A DNA stretch of 57,213 bases, from positions 1-57,213 of the forward strand of contig JAHBMJ010000086.1 of the NCBI GenBank assembly GCA_018398765.1, written 5' to 3'. Of the stretch, positions 48,801-57,213 are shown in pieces. The stretch is from Chromera velia. Its lineage: Eukaryota. The position numbers and the translations under genes were made by a program. Under the pieces are notes generated by a model. It searched no databases. It saw nothing but the letters and a program-made list of their open reading frames with translations, and was not told where the DNA came from. The stretch's first letter is position 1. Each line of letters begins with the position of its first letter.

Positions 48801-51605
48801 GTGTCCGTCCCTGCAGGTACAGGTTCGGATGCTTGGGCAAAGAGGCAGTGGCCTGATGGACGAAGTTTCCTTTGAATGCCGGATGGACGAAGTTTCCTTT
48901 GAATTTGAATCATTTCATCACAACACATCCCCCCCCTTCTCCCTTATTCCTGTCTGCCTCCCTGATTGATTGGACTCACTGTCTGAATGCAGGAGAGGGA
49001 GGAGCTGAGGGGGAGCCCGGCATTCCAGATTCGGAGCCCCAGTGGGAGGAGGCGCTGCAGGCCGCCCAGAAGGCAATGTCCCTCCTCTCTGTATCTGCAC
49101 ACACGCAGCTGATCTGCGGAGCTCTACGCGCAGGGCAGACAGAGGCAGCGCGAACTCTTCAAAAAACCTTCAGCGCGCGCCTGAAATTGAGGTCAGTCAG
49201 TCAGTCAGTCAGTCAGAGTGATCAGGTATCTGCGTCCCCTTCTGTCGTTCAAAAACCCTTTTCCCGGTATAGAGGATGACAAAATGACGGCAACCGATTG
49301 TCGGACCTCTCGCAGAAAGGATGGGACCTGTGTTTCACTCGATCGATTGATCAGTCAGTCAACCGATGCTGCACGGCGGGCCTCCCTCTCTTCCCCCCCC
49401 CACTGAGGGTGCAGAGATGTTCCCTCCCGCTTAATTGTCTGATAGATGGATGCACTCACTTTCCGTGCAGCAGCCAAATGAATCATCGATTCCTGCTCAA
49501 AAGTCTCTTTCTCCCCCCATCTGCCTCTGACTGGTCTTGGTGCCTGCAGACACTTTCTCTCTCCCCCCATTGAGGACGTCGACGTCGTTGCCGCCCCGCG
49601 GGAGGAAGAGGCCTCCGTGCCCGCCCCTGAAGAGAAATCACCCAGTGCAGGGAGGGAGAACGCTGCAGGAGGGGGGGCGAAAGCGGCAGACCCGAAAGCC
49701 CACACCCCACCCACACCCCCAACAGAGCAGTCGGACCGTCCCGGTACGCCTGTGGAGGTCCCGTTGAATGTGCCTGAGGGGTGGCGTCAGCTGACTGTGG
49801 ACCTGAACTCTTCTACTCGTGGGGGTTCTGGGGGAGGGGGGAAGGAGGGGGGAGGGGCAGATGACGGTGCAGGGTCTGTAGGGAGGAATGGGGGTTCTCT
49901 ACAGGTCGGGAGTGACCGGCCTCTGCGTATTCACTTGATAGGCCGATTCTTCGATCCCGCCGGTCTTGTTCAGAAATTTGCACAGGAGGTGCGTGAGAGA
50001 GAAGAGGCCAATCTGAAAGAGAGGCTGGAAAAAGTGAAGGAGCAAAGAAAGGTTGAAGGAGATAAAAGAGAGCAGGAGAGACTGAAGGCAGAACAAGAGA
50101 AACCTCCAACCCCACCTGAAGCACAACCGAAGGGAGGCAAAGCAAAACCGAGTGCAGACAAATCCAACACGGCGGGAGGCCAAGCCGACTCTGCCAATTT
50201 AGTTCCTCTCGAGGAACTTTTCCCCTCCACAGCCGCTCTCCTTCCCAATCTGGAAGTCATCAACATGGCAAAGAAGGAACTCGACGTTCTTCTCTCTCGA
50301 CCCGTCAACCGTCTCTGTGACGTTCGTGTCGTTTTCGCTCCCCGTCTCCCGAAGACCTATGCGGAGATTGAGGAGATGCAAGAGCCGCCCTCTCTGACGA
50401 CGGCCCCTCTTTTGAAGAACACCGAGGGCTTGGAACCTCCGAAGGAATCTCTCCTCTCCCCTGCCATCGGGTGGCTCTCTGAGGACCCGCAACTGATGGA
50501 GGACCCCCGCCTGAACACCTGCAGAGCAGAGACCGCATACATGGAGGGCAACTGCAGAGACGACACGGGACGAGACCCCTTCATACTTGCCTGGGCTTCT
50601 TTCTGGTCAGCTGCATGCAACATTGATCTTTGACTGACTGACTGACTGACTGACTGACTGACTGGTTGTACCCTCTGAAGTCAAAATGACCGCAGTGGAT
50701 GCGAAGACCGAATTGCCTGGACATTTTTTGGTGCGTGCACTCAGGTTCCGTGAGCCGAACTGCGTCCATTCCCTTTCGCGACCCTCTCTCCGGTGCAACA
50801 GCTGCTTTTTGTCCCCTCGTGTCTTGTTGTGTGTCTCTCTCCGCAAACCTGACTTAAGAATCACCCGTCTGCATGTGCCTGTATACCTACAGGAAGAGGA
50901 AGACCGAGCTAAAGAGCGTCTACACACGGGGGGAACAAGGGCACCCGGCCGTCCTCAAATGGAAGGCCCTGCCGGTTCCCCTGGATCCCCACCCCTTCTC
51001 AGACGCAAAGGAGGAAGAGAAGAAACGGACAGGGGCAGCAGCACTCCAAGCACCCCTGCCGTCCATCCGATTCCCCTGGATTGTCTGTCTGTCCTACGAG
51101 GAGTCCAACGTCATCTCCAACGATCCTTTTGTTGCCGCGCGTGCCGGGGGGGCAATTTCTGCGGCCGCCTCCCAGAGAGGCCTGATCGCACAGCTGTCTC
51201 TGTCCCCTGACCGCCTTCGTCGTCTGAGACTCCAAAGCCAAAGCAGCAGAAAGTCGTTGTCACAGGGGACGCCAGCAAGCGGGGGGGGGTCGAGGGCTGC
51301 GAAGGCGGACCCGAAAGCAAAGGGGGGCGCCCCCAGTGGTGCGGCCGGTGGAGGGGGAGGGGACGATGCACTGACAGAGGAGGGACGTGCCCTGACAGAG
51401 GAGGCAGAGAAGGTAGGGAAGGGAGGGGAGGGGGAGTACTCCGTCTGTAGGTTCTCTTTATCTTCCCTTTGTCTTGTCCTCTCTTCCTAATTTTCCTGGG
51501 CATGTTTGCGGGTGCGTCCCTGTGTTCCTGTAAGTCTGTGCATGTGACCAAATGGCCGAAGGGATCTGATCTCTGTATGCGTTTGAATGGACAGACAGTG
51601 ACACA

Positions 51606-51658
<53 letters not shown>

Positions 51659-53072
51659 CGAGAGAGAGAGGGAGAGAGAGAGAGAGAAATGCGTCGCAGA
51701 GATCAATGGGCATCCGTCCTCCTCACTTCCTCCTGACTGACTGGACGCAGGCCATTTCGGATCTGATTCCTTCTCCCCTCCTGGACGACTTTGAGGCCCT
51801 CCTTGATCCCGTCAAAGACGTCTCGGCGTTTCCCTCTCTGTCGTCTTCCTGGTTGGTTGGTTTCTTTGTTTCTTTGTTTGTTTGTACCATTGCTGCATGT
51901 GTGTGTCTCTCCCTCATGCATGCCTGCCCCTGTCCTCCCTCTCCTTCTGGCAATGTCTTTTTTTCTGTCTTCCTTTCGTTGGTCCCGCCCCTTGGCGACT
52001 CACTCCTTTGAGAAAATTCCCACATGATGCAATGAGCATGTTCTCTCTCAATTTGCAGAAGAAAGAACAAGACAAGAAAAAGAAGAAATGGTGTACTCAT
52101 GCACTCTACACTTATTAGTGCATTTCTTTTCTCCTGCAGGTACGTTTCCCCACCCAATCCCCGCTTCTCAAGAGTGATTGCTGCAGACCTCCGCCAGACC
52201 CCAGAGCACCTCCGAGGAGAGCTCTTTCAAAAATTCGTTCTCCTTGCCACACAACCAGACAAAGACCCTGTCCCATTTCCTGTCTGCCGTCGTCTCTTCC
52301 TCCTCTCCACGCTCCTTCAAGACCTCCAAGACGCCCACCATGCCGCCAAAGCCGCTCGGGAAAAGGCCGAGGAGGTTTCCAGAGAGTGGTGGAAGGACTG
52401 CGGAATCCACCGACCTCTAGAGATCTCTCCCGGTGGGGATGCAACAGCAGCAGCCACTGCGGCAGCAGGGGGGGAAACTGACGAGGCAAATGCTGAAGGA
52501 GAGGCCAAAGTGAAACTTCTCGAGCTCCGTGCTACCGAGTTTGAATCCCTTGAGATGTTCTGTCTCGACCGTTTCTCCGAGTGTCTCGATTTGTCTCTTG
52601 ATGGAGCCACGGGGGAACAACTCGCCCTTCTGCGTGCGTCAGAGGTGGAGTCTGCAGCTCTGCAAGCTTGGAAGCAGAGCTGTGTCGGGAGATTGCAGGA
52701 GATTGCTCAGAGAAGGAGGGAGCATGCTCGGCTAGAGAGAGTGCTCGATGCCCAGGAGACGCAGAGACTGAAGAGGTGGAGCGCTACTCTCCGAGTTTCC
52801 CTCCAAAGAATCTCCTCAGCTCTCCAAGCGACGCACTGTGGAGATTCCTGTACCACCGGCTCGATTGCCTTCGCTCTGGCCACCCTTCTTGCCGAGACGG
52901 GCGAGGTTCGCCCTGCAGTGCAACACCTTCGCGCTGCCACAGCAAATCTTGAGGAGGAGCTAGACAGCCTCTTCTCGGCAGGATTCGACCACCACTTTGA
53001 CCTGGCATCTGCTCAGGTAGGTATGCAGATAGGCAGATTGAGCTTGATGCCCTCTCACTTCCTTGCCTTCAT

Positions 53073-53114
<42 letters not shown>

Positions 53115-55925
53115 TGTTTCTTTCTGTCGATGTGCGACAAAATGTCTGACCGCAATGTTCAGTCAGTCAAAGTGGCAGGCCTGACTTGCTTGTTTGAGTG
53201 TCTTCTTCCCGTGGGAGATTTGTCGATACCGCAGGGCCTCCTTTCAGCATGGGTGCAAAGGTTCCTTCCGCTGTGCGAATGGAATGAACCTTCGATTTAC
53301 CTCCCTCCCTCCCTTTGTTCGTTGGTTCGTTCAGGTGATCTCGGCAGACCCTCTCTCTTTGGTGGAGTTTTCTGGGGAATGGACAGAGGAGACGAAAGTG
53401 AACCGAAAGGAAGAGCCGGCAGGTGCTGGTGAAATCGAAGTCCTCGAGGGAAGGTGGAGGAAGAAGAACGTGCCTCGGAGACTCCGATGGGCATTCAAAT
53501 TGAACAGCATGAAAGTGGGCAGACACCGCGTGCAGGTGTCTGAGCGGCTGTGCCTCCTTGCCGAGTTACAGGAACAACTTTTGCTGCTCGAATTGAAAGT
53601 CCGTCCGTCAGTCAAACAAACATACAGACACACAGATAGACAGACAGACACACAGATAGACAGACAGACACACAGATAGACAGACAGACAGACAGATAGA
53701 CAGACAGACAGACACACAGATAGACAGACACACAGATAGACAGACAGACAGAAAGGCAGGCAGACAGACAGACAGACAGAAAGGCAGACAGATGTGCTGG
53801 ACAGTCAAGATAGCAATGAATGAATGCTCTCAAGCGTCAGTCAATACGGCCCTTCGCCCGTCCCCCCCTTCGAGATGGTGTGGATCTGTCTCGCATCGAT
53901 TCTTTCTCCTCATGTGCAGGCATGGAGTTGTTTGGTGCTTAGTTAGGGATGTATGAGTAGTATCGCGGAATGGGGGCAGGAGTGACTTTTTGCAACATCT
54001 CTATGGTTGTCTTCAGTTCAGTTCACACTTTCACTTTCACTTGGTTGCGTGCAGTCCCATGAGACGACCCGACCCCTGCTGGAACGTTCCGGCCTCTCTA
54101 CCTACACGTTACCAGGGATTCCAGAAGAGACGGACTGGCACACAGGGGGGGCAGGAAGAGACGAAGACGGCATCAAGAACGAAATTCAGCACACACCCAG
54201 GTCCGAGCCCAGGTCGCCTCTTGCCAAGCGCACGTTAACGTTGCACAAAAGCCTCCAGAGAGAGATGGACAACGCGCGCACGCTGCAGCTGACGAGTGAG
54301 ATGAACCGCACGATCAGGCCGGTGGCAGACGAAGACCTTGTCGATCTCGGAGTCCTCATCGACACCTCGAAGGTTCCCCTCAGCAACTTCGAGTGCAACA
54401 TCTTGGGAGATCTCGGAGACAACCCTTATGCAAGGTGGGAATGAAGCCTGTATGCGGTTATTCTCCTGTCTGACTACTACAGCATCACAGAATTGGAGCA
54501 TCTGCTTGGAAGAAAGATTGGTTCTCTTTGCTGATGCATGAAATTACGGATGCATCGTTTCGTTTAAATTTTTTCGACATCTGTTCTTTGACGTTGCACA
54601 GTTACTCTCAGACTCTGTTGCACGGAAAACCCATTCCTTCCTTCGACATTGATGATAGCAACACGGTCGCGGATAACAATTTTTGAAAGCAGTCAGCAGC
54701 TCGAGGTTCCGAAAGTAGCAGCCTCTTCTGGCAGAGAACCTGAATTGTGTTCACGACTGCCGGCAAAGCAATTTTGGCAAGCAAACTGAATATAAATGCA
54801 TCTATACATGCAGGTGTCTGTTCTGGTGCACGCTTGCACGCCGTCGCTCTGACGGAGGAGAGCGTCTCGGGAGTGTCGGCAAGGCCTTGAGGGAGGCAGA
54901 GAGGTGTGAGAGGGTGGAACAGGATCTCTGGAGCTTCACGCAAAAGAAATGTATGAGAAATTCCCAACACACCGAGACAGAGGGGGGGAGAAAGGTGCCT
55001 CCCACTCCTGCTCCTCTCCTTGTGGGCCGGGGCCCCCGGTCCCTTCGCTTTTCCCTTCCTACCGGCGTGTTCCTCCACGACGGGTGGTCAGACGATTCCC
55101 TTGGCCCTGGGGTTCCCGGAGTGGTCCCGGAAAGAGATGAACAGAACGTTCGGGTGACTCTCTTCGGAAAGCGCTGTGGGTCGGGAACGACTGAGATGAA
55201 ACTCCAGAAGGGGCTCTCGGGCACGGGGGTACAGTTTCCTGGAATGTACACAGTCGAGGCCTCGGATTTGCAGCCCAACATTCACTACATGTGTCAGTCA
55301 GTCAGCTAGCTTTCTTTCAAAGTCCTGGTCACAGTGGGATACAATTTATTCATGCGCAGATGCCCTCCGTTGCCCTGCAGTCTCTCACATTGCGAAACTC
55401 TGGTACAGCCGCACATGCAGACTTACAAAGTCTCCTTGAACCTTCGTCCCAAATCCGCACTTCACTTGATGGGCTCTCGATCGTCTCTCTCCGACCGTTT
55501 TTGCGTTTGTCTTTGCTCCTCTTTTTGTGAGAAATTCTTCGCAAAGCTTCCAGCGAAGGGGGCGAGCTCGGTACCAGTATTGTTCCCACTTTCTTCCCTT
55601 CATTTCTCTCTTGCTCCTCTGTGTATACATATATGTGCGTGTGTGTGTGTGTGTGTCTGCTCGCGCGCACTCTCCCTGCCTTATTTGTGTTGGGGTGAGT
55701 TGGTTCATCTCTAAGTCTCCCTTTCATTGCCTTTCTACTGAACCCCCTCGATCCCCTCGCAGTCGCGTGTCAACACCAACCAGACGGGGACGTCGGAGAA
55801 CAGAGAGCGTTCTCTGCTCCCATCAGTGACCCGACACCTCCCATCGGTCAGAACTCTTTCTCTTTCGGTCTCTCGATCTCCCCCCCCTCAGCCCTTCCGT
55901 CCGTCCATCCCCCCCCACGCGCGCG

Positions 55926-55962
<37 letters not shown>

Positions 55963-56444
55963 GCGTGTGCGTGTGCGTGTACTCATTCATTTGCCTCCTC
56001 TCTCTCTTCTCCAGATGCCCAATTTTTTTGATACCCCTTTCTTCGAGTCCGGTCCACAGAAACACATCAACGTGGTGTCTGGGCGGACGAATGACCACGA
56101 GTGTGTCTTTTTGTCTTCCGTTCTTCTAGGGTAAACTAATGATCATGTGAGTGAGTGAGTGAGTGAGTGAGTGAGTAAGTGAGTGAGTGAGTGAGTAAGT
56201 GAGTGAGTGAGTGAGTGAGTGAGTGAGTGCAGGAACTTACTTTCCGCTCCCGATTTTGTTTCTGTTCGTGAAAGTTGTGGAGACGGCGCAGACGCTCCAC
56301 CTGTCCACGCTCCTGCCGGTCAGCCAAGCTCTCTGGAGTGCCTGCCTGCCTCTCTGTTCGTTTCTGAATCAGCGTTCTCTCTCTGTCATAACATCTCTCT
56401 CTGGTGTTGCTCTTTTGTAAATGGAAAGACGAGGGGAGCATGTG

Positions 56445-56476
<32 letters not shown>

Positions 56477-57213
56477 GGGCAGACGAGGCTTTTGCGCCGG
56501 TCTCCTGAGTGTTTGTTCGTCCATCGTCCGTGTCCTCCTGCCTGTCTGTTTTTTTTTTTTTTGCGTGTCTGGCCGACGAAAAACGGAGGGAGGGAAGGAA
56601 GGAAGTAGGCGTCAAATGGGACCCTGTACACAATTGTCTTTTGCATAAGAGTGCTGCTTTCTGCATTTGCAGAAAGTGTGGCGAGCCATGTGGAAACGCT
56701 TCTGCGTGGAGAGTCCCGTAGAGAGCAGACGGCAGGGGATGTGCAGATGGCAGCTCCGACAAGATTTGGCAGGTGGGTGACAGAAAGAAAATGAATATAT
56801 GAAATGGCCAGGTGGGCGAGAGGAAAAAAATTATGGCGGCAGCATTCCTTTTACTCCTTCCTTCCTTCCTTCCTTCTCCGGTTGGTTGCCTGCCCGGTCG
56901 CGTTTTTTGGTTTCCTTCGGACAGAAGAGACCGCGTTGTTGCCTTGAACATCCTTGGGAAGCCTGCAGGGTCCTTCCTTCAATTGGTTCTGTTTCGGTCT
57001 GTCTGGAATGCTGTCCTGCAATCACCTGACACAAACCAACAGTCCTTCCCTTCACCTTTCAGTGGCGCCACTTGGGTTTTTTTGTTCCTTTCTCTCTGTC
57101 TCTGCTTCCTTCCTTCTGTGTGCAGATCGTCTCCCGCCTCTCATCTTGGCAAATTTTGCGGGCGTTGTCGCCACGAAGGTCAGTCAGTCAGTCATCTGTC
57201 AAACGGAGAGGCC
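45867..57213 (+). CDS. CFAP54-like cilia/flagella central-apparatus protein, multi-exon, 3' end outside the window
   Basis: The 46150-47060 exon (SWLLFNASLHALRVARTL...AISNCEPLVKPFLLPWRLRLL...FLAQVDVCEAIE) and the ~54830-55270 exon (LFGKRCGSGT...GTGVQFP...ASDLQPNIHY) resemble CFAP54 blocks, recognised from memory. Long open exons lie at ~49575-50600, 52140-53016 and 54055-54433. Lys/Gly/Ala/Pro-rich linkers are typical of axonemal proteins. Confidence 0.6.
47390..47454. other. Assembly gap (65 N)
   Basis: Run of N bases. Confidence 0.99.
48121..48250. repeat. Intronic 22-bp minisatellite, about 6 copies
   Basis: Unit GTGTATGCCTGCTTGTGTTCGT starts at 48121, 48143, 48165, 48187, 48209 and 48231, ending just before an AG acceptor. 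Confidence 0.9.
56147..56228. repeat. (GAGT)n microsatellite
   Basis: Tandem GAGT tetramers with occasional AAGT variants. Confidence 0.9.

Overview
Eukaryotic, intron-rich genomic DNA with microsatellite-packed introns and frequent GTCAGT splice donors. Flagellar genes, a bipartite-targeted plastid protein and the intron style suggest a photosynthetic alveolate such as a chromerid; this is an inference. From left to right the window holds: a degenerate APE-RT LINE on the minus strand (~1-6900); a papain-family cysteine protease (-) head-to-head with IFT46 (+); a full-length degenerate Ty1/copia LTR element with a 5-bp TSD and non-canonical AG...CT termini (22834-29109); a small TIR element; an acyltransferase-3-like membrane protein (-) head-to-head with a plastid-type signal peptidase I (+); a second TIR element; and a spliced microbial (type-1) rhodopsin (-) head-to-head with a CFAP54-like ciliary gene (+) that runs off the end. 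The best candidate for something new is the rhodopsin, which is visible only after joining exons. It keeps the retinal-binding Lys but has a Q-T-Q helix C motif, with no carboxylate at the D85 or D96 positions, and a channelrhodopsin-like TCP. Both retroelements also show C-to-T/G-to-A point decay, with many in-frame stops and few frameshifts, resembling RIP or methylation-driven mutation. All exon boundaries were assigned by eye from GT/AG sites and frame continuity.
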